Part shown: positions 54,593 to 64,000 of the stretch, piece after piece
How the letters are laid out: each line of letters opens with the position of its first letter
How positions within the stretch are numbered: position 1 is the stretch's first letter
DNA from: Candidatus Fermentithermobacillaceae bacterium
GTDB lineage: Bacteria > Bacillota > Sulfobacillia > Fermentithermobacillales > Fermentithermobacillaceae
Length of the DNA: 64,000 nt
Assembly (NCBI GenBank): GCA_012842685.1
Contig: DUSI01000060.1
Coordinates: 5,024 to 69,023 of the forward strand
Direction of reading: 5' to 3'
The notes under the pieces: model-generated
The model's database searches: none
What the model saw: the letters and a program-made list of their open reading frames with translations, nothing else
Told to the model about the DNA's origin: nothing
Translations under genes and position numbers: made by a program

Positions 54593-55549
54593 GTGAAGAT
54601 CGGTGTACTGACCAGTGGAGGAGACGCGCCGGGGATGAATGCCGCCATCAGGGCGGTCGTAAGGCGCGGTATTTCCATCGGAGCAACTGTATACGGCATT
54701 AGGAGAGGCTACGAAGGCCTTCTCGACGGCGATATGTTTCCCATGACTGTCGACTCCGTGGGGGATATAATCCACCGCGGGGGAACGATCCTTCATACAG
54801 CCCGTTCAGAAAGATTCCTGCTCCCCGAAGCCCAGGACCTGGCCGCCGCCCGGGTCAGAGGAGCCGGACTCTCTGGCCTGGTCGTGATAGGAGGCGACGG
54901 CAGCCTTCGCGGCATGGTGGAACTCTGTAAGCGGGGAGTAAAGGCTATAGGGGTACCGGGCACGATAGACAACGACATCGCCTACACCGACTACACGATA
55001 GGTTTCGATACGGCCGTGAACACCGGCGTCGAAGCCGTAAACAGGCTCCGGGACACGGCCACATCCCACGAGCGCGTCTTCGTCGTGGAAGTCATGGGAC
55101 GCCACGAAGGGCATTTGGCCCTGGCCGTAGGTGTGGCGGGCGGTGCCGAAAGCATTCTGATCCCGGAGCTCCCCGTCGACGTAGATGAAGTCTGCGAGAA
55201 ACTCAAGAGAGGTTTAGACCGCGGGAAAGTCCACAGCATCATCATTGTGGCGGAAGGCGCGGCGAGCGGTTTCGACGTGGCCAGGCAGATAGAGGAGCGC
55301 ATGGGGATGGAGCTCCGGGTGACCGTCCTGGGCCACGTCCAGCGCGGGGGCACGCCGACGGCGTTTGACCGGCTGCTGGCGTCCAGGATGGGGGCCAAGG
55401 CCGTGGACCTCCTGGCCTCCGGGCAGTCCAACCTCATGGTGGGTGTGAGCGGCCACCGCCTGATCGCCACGCCCACAGAGGAAGTGCTGGCCGTGAGAAA
55501 GCCGCTCGATCTTGACCTCTATTATCTGGCCCAGGACCTTGCTAAGTAG
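54593..55549 (+). CDS. pfkA: ATP-dependent 6-phosphofructokinase
   Basis: KIGVLTSGGDAPGMNAAIRAVV, GGDGSLRG and the PGTIDND catalytic motif; MGRHEGH. Confidence 0.95.
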   Translation: MKIGVLTSGGDAPGMNAAIRAVVRRGISIGATVYGIRRGYEGLLDGDMFPMTVDSVGDIIHRGGTILHTARSERFLLPEAQDLAAARVRGAGLSGLVVIGGDGSLRGMVELCKRGVKAIGVPGTIDNDIAYTDYTIGFDTAVNTGVEAVNRLRDTATSHERVFVVEVMGRHEGHLALAVGVAGGAESILIPELPVDVDEVCEKLKRGLDRGKVHSIIIVAEGAASGFDVARQIEERMGMELRVTVLGHVQRGGTPTAFDRLLASRMGAKAVDLLASGQSNLMVGVSGHRLIATPTEEVLAVRKPLDLDLYYLAQDLAK

Positions 55550-55635
55550 CCGCGCGCGGCGAAAGCGAGCGGCACCTGAAATCCCCCTGAAGGTAACGTC
55601 TCTGTGTCTTATATTGTGCCTGCCTCTACTTCTTA

Positions 55636-55675
55636 GTGGCCCCCGGGCCACATTTATGTTTTTATTAGTTTTTTC
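55636..55675 (+). terminator. Rho-independent terminator after pfkA
   Basis: GTGGCCC-cc-GGGCCAC stem-loop followed by ATTTATGTTTTTATTAGTTTTTT. Confidence 0.85.
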
Positions 55676-55741
55676 CGCGAGGGAAAAGGAGGTACGTCGT
55701 AGAATAGTCAAATCTGGCGGGGGAATTGTTCCACACGGGGA

Positions 55742-56857
55742 GTGACCGGAGACATGAACATGCTTTTCAGTGGACTCACCAATATCACTTGGCAGCAGGT
55801 CGTAATGCTGGCAGTCGGCGGAACCCTCATCTATCTGGCCATCGTCAAGGAGTATGAGCCGGTGCTTCTCCTTCCCATTGGGTTTGGGGCCATACTGGCG
55901 AATATTCCGGGCTCATCTGCGATCGGACCCCACGGCTTCCTCACGGTGCTCTACGAAGCGGGGATAGTAACCGAGCTCTTTCCGATCCTTATCTTCATCG
56001 GCATTGGCGCCATGGTAGACTTCGGTCCCCTGTTGGAACAGCCCTTCACGCTGTTCTTCGGCGCCGCGGCCCAGCTCGGCATTTTCCTCACCATGACCTT
56101 CGCGGTGCTCGCGAAGTTCCCCTTGAATGAAGCGGCGGCCATAGGGATCATAGGTACTGCCGACGGGCCCACGTCCATATACGTTGCCAGCATACTGGCG
56201 CCTAACCTTCTCGGTCCCATCTCGGTGGCCGCCTATTCATACATGTCGCTGGTACCCATAATCCAGCCGCCGATCGTTCGGGCGCTCACGACTCCCGAGG
56301 AACGAAAGATCCGCATGGAGCCGGCCCGTTCCAAGAAGATATCTCGCCTCGTGAGGATCCTTTTCCCGATCATCATAACCGTGATCTCGGGCCTTATCGC
56401 CCCTGTCAGCCTGGCGCTTGTGGGGAGCCTCATGTTCGGCAATCTCCTCAGGGAAGCGGGAGTGGTCGAGAGGCTTTCCAAGACCGCCCAGAACGAGCTC
56501 GCGAACCTCATATCGCTGCTCCTCGGGATCACGATCGGGGCGACGATGACCGCGGAACAGTTCCTGAAGCCCTCTACGCTGCTCATAATCTTTATGGGCC
56601 TTGTGGCTTTCGTGCTGGATACCGCGGCGGGCGTCCTGTTCGGCAAGTTCATGAACCTCTTCCTGAAGAAAAAAGTAAACCCCATGGTAGGGGCATGCGG
56701 GCTCTCGGCGTTCCCCATGTCTGCAAGGGTAATCCAGAGGATGGCCCAGCAGGAGGACCCGAGCAACTTCCTGCTCATGCAGGCGGTATCGGCCAACGTG
56801 GCGGGGCAGATAGCGTCTATCATCGCCGGAGCCATGATATTGGCCATGGTGTCATAG
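55742..56857 (+). CDS. Na+-translocating decarboxylase beta subunit (OadB/GcdB/MmdB family membrane subunit)
   Basis: Polytopic protein whose IGTADGPTSIYVAS, VAAYSYMSLVPIIQPP, CGLSAFPMSARV and NFLLMQAVSANVAGQI regions match the oxaloacetate-decarboxylase beta family. Confidence 0.85.
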   Translation: MTGDMNMLFSGLTNITWQQVVMLAVGGTLIYLAIVKEYEPVLLLPIGFGAILANIPGSSAIGPHGFLTVLYEAGIVTELFPILIFIGIGAMVDFGPLLEQPFTLFFGAAAQLGIFLTMTFAVLAKFPLNEAAAIGIIGTADGPTSIYVASILAPNLLGPISVAAYSYMSLVPIIQPPIVRALTTPEERKIRMEPARSKKISRLVRILFPIIITVISGLIAPVSLALVGSLMFGNLLREAGVVERLSKTAQNELANLISLLLGITIGATMTAEQFLKPSTLLIIFMGLVAFVLDTAAGVLFGKFMNLFLKKKVNPMVGACGLSAFPMSARVIQRMAQQEDPSNFLLMQAVSANVAGQIASIIAGAMILAMVS

Positions 56858-56870
56858 GAGGGGATTGACG

Positions 56871-56999
56871 GTGGAAGCTCTAATGCAGACACTAAACATA
56901 ATGGCCGTGTCTATGGCTACCGTGTTCGGTGTGATGGCGATCCTTTACGGCGTTATACGTCTCTTGGTTAGGCCTGGAGAAGACTCGACTCCGGAGTGA
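56871..56999 (+). CDS. Tiny single-TM protein, possible decarboxylase gamma/delta-like subunit (not in ORF track, <60 aa)
   Basis: GTG start 8 nt after the RBS GGAGGGG; VEALMQTLNIMAVSMATVFGVMAILYGVIRLLVRPGEDSTPE; OadG-like size and hydrophobicity; immediately downstream of oadB. Confidence 0.45.
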   Translation: MEALMQTLNIMAVSMATVFGVMAILYGVIRLLVRPGEDSTPE

Positions 57000-57004
57000 T
57001 ATGA

Positions 57005-57397
57005 GTGAGGCTTAAAGGACGCCTGGGAGCCCTGGGATTCCTGGCATTTACCGTGCTGCCCATCGTCGAGATAGCCCTTCTGGTAGAGCTTGGGAAGAGG
57101 ATCGGCACCTGGTGGACGATAGCCCTGGTACTGGGGACAGGGCTCCTGGGAGGAGTCTTACTTGCATTGGAAGGATATGGGGTGGTCCGCAGGCTTCAAG
57201 CGGACATTAGCGGCGGAAGGATCCCCCAAGACCCGATAATAGACGGGGTCCTCGTGATCATCGGGTCCCTCTTCCTCATCAGCCCCGGGGTGCTCACAGA
57301 TGCGGCAGGGATACTGCTCCTCTTTCCGCCCACCAGGTTCCTCGCCCGCACTGGTGTAAAGCGCTGGATAGCGAAGTTCATCACCATAAACCTCTAG
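57005..57397 (+). CDS. fxsA: FxsA-family cytoplasmic membrane protein
   Basis: LPIVEIALLVELGKRIGTWWTIALVLGTGLLG...SPGVLTDAAGILLLFPPTR matches the FxsA pattern. Confidence 0.7.
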   Translation: MRLKGRLGALGFLAFTVLPIVEIALLVELGKRIGTWWTIALVLGTGLLGGVLLALEGYGVVRRLQADISGGRIPQDPIIDGVLVIIGSLFLISPGVLTDAAGILLLFPPTRFLARTGVKRWIAKFITINL

Positions 57398-57815
57398 CCT
57401 GAACCCAGAGCGCCATGAATACGCCCAGGGCTATGTAGGGGGCGTACGGGGTTTTCCCCCGGGTCTCGATGATGCCCAGAGCCAGTAGCAGGAGGGTAAA
57501 CAGGCCGCCCGACAGGAAAGTGAACGCCATTGCCCTCAGTGTGCCCGCGAGACCGAGGTAGAGCCCTGATGCCGCCAGCAGTTTGACGTCGCCTCCTCCC
57601 ATGGCCCCGGGGAAGACAAGAGAGAGGAGCGCAAACACGGCCAGCGCCGAGAGGAGCCCTGAGATCGAGTCAAGAAGCGGTCCAGGAGACAGAGCTCCGT
57701 GGGTATCGAAGAAGGTCTTGAGGAGGGCCGTGACGGCACCTCCACCTGCCATGGATAGGACCAGGCGGTTCGGGATCCGCCTGGTCCTTAAGTCTGTGAG
57801 GACGGCAGCGCACAA
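57381..57815 (-). CDS. A24-family prepilin peptidase (CpaA/TadV-like, short form)
   Basis: Polytopic; IPNRLVL... and GGGDVKLLAA aspartyl-protease motifs of type IV prepilin peptidases. Confidence 0.65.
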   Translation of the reverse strand: MCAAVLTDLRTRRIPNRLVLSMAGGGAVTALLKTFFDTHGALSPGPLLDSISGLLSALAVFALLSLVFPGAMGGGDVKLLAASGLYLGLAGTLRAMAFTFLSGGLFTLLLLALGIIETRGKTPYAPYIALGVFMALWVQARGLW

Positions 57816-57869
57816 GTGCGCCGCCAGATATATGGTCGAGATGAGCCTAAGGCCGTCCCCTATCTCGCC

Positions 57870-58952
57870 TCACCGCCTCACGGCCATCCTGCTCCGCTGC
57901 AGCGAGTGGAGCGCGAGGCTGAACGCGATGACGGCGTAGGCTATGAAAGCCCGGAAGTACTCCCCTACCATGGCGCTCCCGAGGAGGTTCTGCCCCGCGT
58001 AAGGCGACACGATGAACAACAGGTGGAACATGAACGTCCCTAGGAGAGCCTGGCCCACCGTGGCCTTGGTCACGGTCGCTCCTCCCACCAGGAGGGCCGC
58101 GATGGCGAAGGTAGCCGTCTGGCCGTGGCTGTCGTACACATTCAGGGTACCTATGTTCTGAAGGAATATGATCTGGCCTATGGAGCCGAGGACGGTCGAT
58201 AGCAGCATCGCTATCATCCTGGTCCTGTCGACTTTAATCCCTGCCACTTCCGCGATACGGAGGTCTTGTCCGACTGCCCGCATGTCCTGGCCGAGCTTCG
58301 TGGAGAAGAGTTTCACGATACCCCAGCTCAGGAGAGCAGACGCGGCAAAAGTGGCAAGGGGGAGGCTTACCGGGCCTATGCGCACCTTAAGCAGGTTATC
58401 CAGCGACCACTTGATAACCTGGAGGTCAACCGTGTTCCTGAGACCATAGCCCTGCGGAAGGATCATCGCCGGGTCTTTTATCGGTAGGACCGTACCTGCG
58501 CCGAAAAGGAACACGAGCATGTACACTCCGTTCATGAAGAACCCGAGTATCATGCCCGCTATCATCTCGCGGCCCTTGGCCTTGTTCATGATGGTTCCGG
58601 CGGTCCACCCGAGCAGGAGGGCCAGGGGAAATGCCACGAGAATGGCCGTGAACAGGCCCATGAGGCCCCTGATCTTCGCCGCGGCCACTGCTATGAGTCC
58701 CGCCTGCCCGGCCATGGCCCCAAGGACTATGGCGAAGTTCAGCCCTAGCCCAGCTACAATGGGCACGACCAGAGAGAGCACGAGGAAGGAGTTCCTGGCC
58801 ATACGGCCGATCGCTTCTTGCATCAGGAAGCCGATAGGCTTTCCGCTTGCGAGCACGCCGAGCCCGCAGAGGATGAAGAACATGATGGGAACTCCGTTTG
58901 CCTTTATAAATGCCTTGACAGAAAACTTCCGCCTAGCTTCCATTGTTTCCAC
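57870..58952 (-). CDS. ABC transporter permease (BMP/nucleoside-type uptake system, permease 2)
   Basis: Polytopic; typical branched-chain/sugar-type permease; in an operon with a BMP lipoprotein and a duplicated ATPase. Confidence 0.8.
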   Translation of the reverse strand: METMEARRKFSVKAFIKANGVPIMFFILCGLGVLASGKPIGFLMQEAIGRMARNSFLVLSLVVPIVAGLGLNFAIVLGAMAGQAGLIAVAAAKIRGLMGLFTAILVAFPLALLLGWTAGTIMNKAKGREMIAGMILGFFMNGVYMLVFLFGAGTVLPIKDPAMILPQGYGLRNTVDLQVIKWSLDNLLKVRIGPVSLPLATFAASALLSWGIVKLFSTKLGQDMRAVGQDLRIAEVAGIKVDRTRMIAMLLSTVLGSIGQIIFLQNIGTLNVYDSHGQTATFAIAALLVGGATVTKATVGQALLGTFMFHLLFIVSPYAGQNLLGSAMVGEYFRAFIAYAVIAFSLALHSLQRSRMAVRR

Positions 58953-59991
58953 CTCCCTGTCCTCTGGTCAGGGCGTAGATGACCATGCCGTTGGAGACTA
59001 TAAGCCGGACGATCTCGCTGATATCCCCTCCGATCACGCTCTGGGTGACCGGTACCGTTATGGCGAGGAGCGTCTGGAACATGAGGGTGCCGATTATGGC
59101 GTTGGATATGCTGGCGGTCCTGGGCGTAGCGCCGCCGATCAGGACTGCGGCGACCGCGGGGAAGGCCATCATGAGGGGCGCCGTATAGAGCTGCACGAAC
59201 CCGTAGCTCTGGGCGTAGAGGACGATCCCCAGTGCTCCCATCGCGGTTGATAGGGCCGTCCCGGCAACCCGCATCTTTTCAACGCTGATCCCTGCCGCGC
59301 GGGCGAACTGCTCGTTTTGTCCGGCGAGGTCCATGGCGGTTCCGAGCCTCGAGTACTCAAAGAGCCGGTATAGCACCGCTACGGCCGCGATGAAAAGCAC
59401 CAGTCCGGTCGGGAACCTGAACGTGCCCACGCGGATGGCGAGGAGATTGTCCAGGACGTTCGAGAAAAAGTCGCTGAGGCTGATGGTCACCCTCAGGCCT
59501 TCGCCGCCCAACGTCCATATAAGGCGCGGGTTCTTGAAGGGCATGAGTAGCCAGAACATGCACATTCCCGAGACTATAGCGAACCCCACGTAGGTGCCTA
59601 CCATCATCTCTTGGCCCTTGACCCGGTTGAGGAGGTGTCCGTAGAGCACGCCGAAAACGACCCCGAGCAGGATCCCAAGGGCCATGGCCGTGAAAAGCCC
59701 GGTGAAACCGGTGAGCCCGAATTCCATCGATATGACCAGCCCCAATAGGCCCGCGATGATGCCTACCGGGAGGCCGAAGTTCGGGCCGATACCGCACTGG
59801 ATGGCAGGGACCATGGAAAGCGTCAGCATGGCGTTCATGGCGAAACGCCCGATGGAGTTGCTTATTAGGTCTACGACCGGGACTCCCCGGACGGCGCCGA
59901 GGACAAACAGCGCGATGAGAAAGAGGATCACGGTCAGACGGGGTAGTCCGAGGTCTGACACCGTCTTAAGTACGCGTTCTTTGGCGCTCAC
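58933..59991 (-). CDS. ABC transporter permease (permease 1)
   Basis: Polytopic; overlaps neighbouring genes by a few bp (translational coupling). Confidence 0.8.
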   Translation of the reverse strand: MSAKERVLKTVSDLGLPRLTVILFLIALFVLGAVRGVPVVDLISNSIGRFAMNAMLTLSMVPAIQCGIGPNFGLPVGIIAGLLGLVISMEFGLTGFTGLFTAMALGILLGVVFGVLYGHLLNRVKGQEMMVGTYVGFAIVSGMCMFWLLMPFKNPRLIWTLGGEGLRVTISLSDFFSNVLDNLLAIRVGTFRFPTGLVLFIAAVAVLYRLFEYSRLGTAMDLAGQNEQFARAAGISVEKMRVAGTALSTAMGALGIVLYAQSYGFVQLYTAPLMMAFPAVAAVLIGGATPRTASISNAIIGTLMFQTLLAITVPVTQSVIGGDISEIVRLIVSNGMVIYALTRGQGGGNNGS

Positions 59992-61601
59992 GCTCCGTTC
60001 ACCTTCTTTCCAGCCATGGCGAGGCCGAACTTGGCGTTCTCGTCGTCGGGGCTAAGTATATCGACCAGTTTTCCGTCATAGATGATGGCGATGCGATCCG
60101 AGACTCTCCTGAGCTCGGCCAGCTCGCTGCTGGTGAGGACTATGGTCATCCCCTGCTTCCTGTTCATGCTGACCAATAGATCCAAGATCTTTTCCTTCGC
60201 CCCAACGTCGATCCCGCGCGTCGGTTCGGATACCAAGAGGACCTCTGGGCGCAGGGCGAGGGCGCGGGCGATGCAGACTTTCTGCTGGTTGCCGCCGCTC
60301 AAGTGCCTCACGCGCTGGGAGGGTCCCGTGCATCTTATGTCTAGGTCTTTGATGGCCTGTTGGGCGTAAGCCGTTGCCGCCTTCTTGTCCCTGATGCGTA
60401 TCCCAAGGGGGAGGTTCCTCAGGAAATCACCTTTGGTCAGAGAGGCTACCACCGATATGTTGTAGTCTATGGGCCTGTCCAGGATTAGCCCGACTCCCTT
60501 CCGGTCTTCGGAGAGGAAAGCTATGCCGTGCTTGTAGGCTTCGCCCGGCCGGTTGAGGGGTATTTCTACTCCATCCTTTTTCACCGACCCCCTGCTCGGA
60601 AAGATCCCCATGATGCCGTTGGCGATGCCTATCTTGCCCTGGCCGGCGAGACCTCCTATCCCCAATATCTCGCCTCTCCTCACCGAGAGGGTTAGGCCCT
60701 TGACTTCTTCGCCCGGCATGTCTACTTCGAGGTTGGAGATCTCCAGCACAATGTCGTCGTCGGAGGGCTCAACCGCGCGCTGGCCCAGGTCGGGTCTTTC
60801 GGTCTTGCGCCCCACCATGAGTTCGGCGAGCATCGTGATGGTTGCTTGGGATGCAGGGGTGGTCGCGACAACCTCGCCGTCCCGGAGGACGGTTATGTTG
60901 TCGCATATGGAGCGGACTTCTTCTAGGCGGTGGGATATGAAAATAATCGCTACGCCTGTAGACGCTATGCGTTTCAAGGCTGCGAGGAGCTGTTCGGCCT
61001 CACTTTCCGTGAGGAGCGCCGTGGGCTCATCGAACACGAGCACGCGCACGCCCGTCTTGTCGATCTCCCTGGCGACTTCGATGAACTGCATGAAGCCTAT
61101 GGGCAGCCCCACCACGGGAAGCAGTTCATCTATGCCCAAACCTATGGTGTCCAGGGCCCTACGGGCATCGCTCCGGACCTTGGACATGTCGATCTTTGAA
61201 AGGCGGGGGCTGAAAAGCCTCGATAGGGGAGTGGGGATGAGGGGTTCTCGGTTCAGCTTTATGTTTTCCGCAACGCTAAATGTGGGAAGCAGCATGAATT
61301 CCTGATGGACCATGCCTACCCCCGCCGCCAGGGCATCTCCCGGCGTGAGGAAGCGCACGGCCTCGCCCCCGAGCCTCACTTCGCCTTCGTATCCTCCGGT
61401 TGCATGGATGACGGGCATGCCGAACAGGATGTTCATGAGGGTGCTCTTGCCTGCCCCGTTTTCCCCTACAAGTCCGTGTATCTCCCCGGCTCGTACCTTG
61501 AGGTCAACCTTTTTGAGGACGTAGTTTCCGTAGTACTGCTTGGAAACCCCTCTCATTTCCAAGACGTATTCCTGAGCCATGGGCAGTCCCTCCGCATACA
61601 A
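59988..61601 (-). CDS. ABC transporter ATP-binding protein with two fused NBDs (sugar/nucleoside type)
   Basis: Two Walker A motifs (GENGAGKST; GLAGQGKIG-type degenerate second site), LSGGNQQKV signature, VLVFDEPT / LLVSEPT Walker B. Confidence 0.85.
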   Translation of the reverse strand: MYAEGLPMAQEYVLEMRGVSKQYYGNYVLKKVDLKVRAGEIHGLVGENGAGKSTLMNILFGMPVIHATGGYEGEVRLGGEAVRFLTPGDALAAGVGMVHQEFMLLPTFSVAENIKLNREPLIPTPLSRLFSPRLSKIDMSKVRSDARRALDTIGLGIDELLPVVGLPIGFMQFIEVAREIDKTGVRVLVFDEPTALLTESEAEQLLAALKRIASTGVAIIFISHRLEEVRSICDNITVLRDGEVVATTPASQATITMLAELMVGRKTERPDLGQRAVEPSDDDIVLEISNLEVDMPGEEVKGLTLSVRRGEILGIGGLAGQGKIGIANGIMGIFPSRGSVKKDGVEIPLNRPGEAYKHGIAFLSEDRKGVGLILDRPIDYNISVVASLTKGDFLRNLPLGIRIRDKKAATAYAQQAIKDLDIRCTGPSQRVRHLSGGNQQKVCIARALALRPEVLLVSEPTRGIDVGAKEKILDLLVSMNRKQGMTIVLTSSELAELRRVSDRIAIIYDGKLVDILSPDDENAKFGLAMAGKKVNGA

Positions 61602-61747
61602 GGAGGGGAGCTCCTGGACCGCTCGGACTCCGGCCGGATGCGCTGGTCTGGGGCTTGATAGAGCCCGCGGGCGTTCTTTCAGAGCCCGCCTATCTCGTAC
61701 CGGAGCTCGCCCAAGCTGGCGCCAGGGCTCCCCTGTCGGTTCAAGCT

Positions 61748-62887
61748 TTACTTGCCGAAGATCACCGAATCCATGACGGCGAGCCAGAAGTTGCCGTCCT
61801 CGCTGTACTTGCTGAGCTGCATGGTTACGCCGGCTTCCGCCTCGAGAGCAGCCTTGACGGCGGCCTCATCGGTAAGCTGGATCTCACCCTCTACAGCCTG
61901 GATCGCCAGCTCAACTCCGGCGCGGAGGAAGACCATGTTGATGGGAACCGGCCAGGTAGCGAACCTTCCAGAGCCACCGGATTCCACGATCGTCTCCTCA
62001 ATCGCGGCGAGGATCTTCGGCATATCGCCCGCTATGCCGCCGACATCCAGACCGAGGGCGTTGGGATAGCCGTGGGTCGGGCTAGGACAGCACTGCTCGG
62101 CGAAGATCGCGCCTTCCTGGAGGGCTGCCTTTATGAGCGGCTCCTGCATACCGCAGTTGGTGCTGAACACGCAGATGTCCTTGCCGTACTGGGCAACCTG
62201 CCTCGGCACGTCTTCGAGGATGAACTTTTGCGCCCCGGGGATGCCGTCGGGACCCATCGGGTCGGGAGCGGTCACGAAGACGAACTCAATGCCGAGTTCT
62301 TTGCAGGTGTCCTCCATGATCTGCCTGCGCTGGGCCAGGAGCTCCATGGACATGTGCCGCGGGAAGGAGTAGTGGAGGAAGTGCGTGGCCCCGAGCTCTT
62401 TCGCGAGCTGGACTATGGTTCTCCCGCGCGCGAGGTTGTCGGTCTCAAACATGATGTCGGCTTTGCTTTCCATCAACTTGACGTCTTCGTGGGGCACCAC
62501 GACGACGAAGATGATGTCGTCCCTGGTCTCGCGGATCTTGTCGATGGCTGCCGCGGTGCCGGGGACTGCCTGGCAGACCACGATGGCCTTGACGTCCGGG
62601 TCGGACGCGAGACCCGTGAGCAGGCTGATGGTGGTCTCCTGCTCCTGCATGAAGTTGTCCGGGTAGGTCACGTGGACGATCCTGTCGCCGTACTTCGCTT
62701 TGACTTGTTCGGCTGCCCTGTATTCGTCCTCGCCCTGGGAAACCGTCCCGGTCATGATCCCGATCTTAAACGTGGGAGTCGTTGACTGGCTGGGATCGGG
62801 TGTCTGTGGCTCTGCTGGCTTCGAGCAGCCGGCTAGGAGCGCCGAAACCAAGATCAGGCACACAGCTAAACGAAAGAATAGTTTCAC
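61748..62887 (-). CDS. BMP-family (PnrA/Med-like) ABC substrate-binding lipoprotein
   Basis: Lipobox LLAGC after a signal peptide; BMP-family blocks (KIGIMTGTVSQGEDEY, FVVVVP, FSTNCGMQEP). Confidence 0.8.
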   Translation of the reverse strand: MKLFFRLAVCLILVSALLAGCSKPAEPQTPDPSQSTTPTFKIGIMTGTVSQGEDEYRAAEQVKAKYGDRIVHVTYPDNFMQEQETTISLLTGLASDPDVKAIVVCQAVPGTAAAIDKIRETRDDIIFVVVVPHEDVKLMESKADIMFETDNLARGRTIVQLAKELGATHFLHYSFPRHMSMELLAQRRQIMEDTCKELGIEFVFVTAPDPMGPDGIPGAQKFILEDVPRQVAQYGKDICVFSTNCGMQEPLIKAALQEGAIFAEQCCPSPTHGYPNALGLDVGGIAGDMPKILAAIEETIVESGGSGRFATWPVPINMVFLRAGVELAIQAVEGEIQLTDEAAVKAALEAEAGVTMQLSKYSEDGNFWLAVMDSVIFGK

Positions 62888-63170
62888 TTTTACCTGACGC
62901 CTCCTCCTCAGAGTAGTGCTTGCATAAGACTACATTCGTGCTACTTGAAGTAAATTCCTTTTGCGGAGAAAAGACTTGGCGGTAGAAGTTTTTGTTGATT
63001 CTTGGCGCGCCTGGAACCACTTCCGCCGCCATCCTCCGGTGCGACTGCTGACGCTTTTCGGTAGATCCTGGGGCCGCCAGCAGCATTTTGTCTATGTACC
63101 TGGCCAGGTCAAGACGTCTTGCGGGTCATCCTACACATGGGAGGGCGACTTGTCAACAGTTTTTCCCTGG

Positions 63171-64000
63171 TTAGAGCCGTCTTAGAGTACGGGCAAGGAA
63201 AGCGTCTATCTGCCCTGGGCCACACCAGGCATCCCTAAAGGCCCGGAGCATGGCAGGGACGTAGAAGAAACCGGCCTGGGCCTCGGCTAGGGCGAGACGG
63301 TCCGCTTCCTGCTGTCTGTTTATAGTGGACATCCAGATGGTGGCCGCCCGGACCATGCTCTCTTCATATACCCGCAGCCAAGAAGCCGGGCCGTCATCCC
63401 AGGCATACTGCATCTTGACCATGGCCTCAGCGAGCTGTGCGGTGTAGAGGGATCCTCGCCGGGCCAGGATGGCATCCTGTTGCCGGGAGATAGCCTTCTC
63501 GAACACGCTGTGGAGAACTTCATGGAGGATAGATTCCGGCCTTGCAGCGGCAAGGATCGCGTAAAGCCTGCCGTCTTTCCGTACGAAATCCGCCAGCTGG
63601 GGCGCTTGAAGCGGGTTTGGCACCACGGTGAAATGCGGGATATCCGCCGGTCCGAGGCCGAGCCCGCGGCCGAGGGCTGAAACGGCATCCCGAGCAGCCT
63701 CACAGAACGGTTCGAGGCGTTCCCGGTCTCCCATCCACCCTGAGAACCGCTGCCACAATGCTTCGAGGAATGGGAGGTTTTCGATAGCGCGGTGGATCCT
63801 GGGGTACTCCCTTATCCATCCGACGGTTTCCGGTCCTTTATTGTCGGGACCGGTCGGGAAACGGCGGAGCATTTTCAGGACCTCTGCTTCATCTTCATAC
63901 CCGGGAAGGCTCGCGGGGTCCCCGGGCGCCAGGTGGAAGACGGCGTTTATGAGCATACCCGCCCGAGGCCAGTAGGGGTTTATCCCTTGCCCTTCGAGGC
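63171..64000 (-). CDS. Hypothetical protein with HExxH motif (possible zincin-like metallopeptidase); the N-terminus may extend beyond the window
   Basis: HEVLH motif (SILHEVLHSVFE). The reading frame stays open upstream of the ATG at 63954-63956 to the window edge. Confidence 0.4.
   Translation of the reverse strand, partial: LEGQGINPYWPRAGMLINAVFHLAPGDPASLPGYEDEAEVLKMLRRFPTGPDNKGPETVGWIREYPRIHRAIENLPFLEALWQRFSGWMGDRERLEPFCEAARDAVSALGRGLGLGPADIPHFTVVPNPLQAPQLADFVRKDGRLYAILAAARPESILHEVLHSVFEKAISRQQDAILARRGSLYTAQLAEAMVKMQYAWDDGPASWLRVYEESMVRAATIWMSTINRQQEADRLALAEAQAGFFYVPAMLRAFRDAWCGPGQIDAFLARTLRRL

Noticed and set aside
61655-62785. 376-aa plus-strand ORF antisense to the BMP lipoprotein gene (and 60553..61305 antisense to the ATPase)
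   Set aside because: The minus-strand genes carry lipobox and ABC motifs; the plus ORFs are low-complexity.
1-64000. tRNA, rRNA, transposase, integrase or cas genes
   Set aside because: Intergenic regions were inspected by eye. No cloverleaf-like or rRNA-like segments were seen, and no IS, terminal inverted repeats or integrase motifs. The only mobile element found is the intein.

Overview
High-GC (~62%) bacterial chromosomal window that is densely coding and mostly on the + strand. Gene content and synteny look Firmicutes-like: sigI-rsgI, a yhaO/yhaN (sbcF/sbcE)-type pair, dnaE followed by pfkA, a PspC/LiaF-like module, and nrdR-nrdJ. No rRNA, tRNA or CRISPR was recognised. Housekeeping genes include gdhA, an ABC-F ATPase, an AlaX-L tRNA editing protein, nrdR plus a class II ribonucleotide reductase, dinG, aspartate aminotransferase, murD, nth, dnaE, pfkA, a heterodimeric ABC exporter and a BMP-family nucleoside ABC importer. 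Non-standard content: (i) a LAGLIDADG-type intein inside nrdJ at the catalytic NPCGE cysteine; (ii) a 649-aa protein made of about ten 47-aa (141-bp) tandem repeats, immediately upstream of an ECF sigma / zf-HC2 anti-sigma / PspC / LiaF-like envelope-stress module; (iii) a compact, terminator-bounded operon of four unrecognised membrane proteins, each with a near-perfect Shine-Dalgarno, preceded by ACAATTGT palindromes, which is the best candidate for an undescribed system; (iv) a CCATCT-core minisatellite in the intergenic region next to mpg, with a related in-frame insertion inside mpg; (v) four ~32-bp-spaced TGTACAAT direct repeats in the mpg/osmC divergent region; (vi) an HgdAB-like (DUF2229) protein with a translationally coupled BcrAD/BadFG-type activase; (vii) a stand-alone oadB with a tiny gamma-like ORF. 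All product calls rest on motif recognition by eye from the translated ORFs; no database searches were run.
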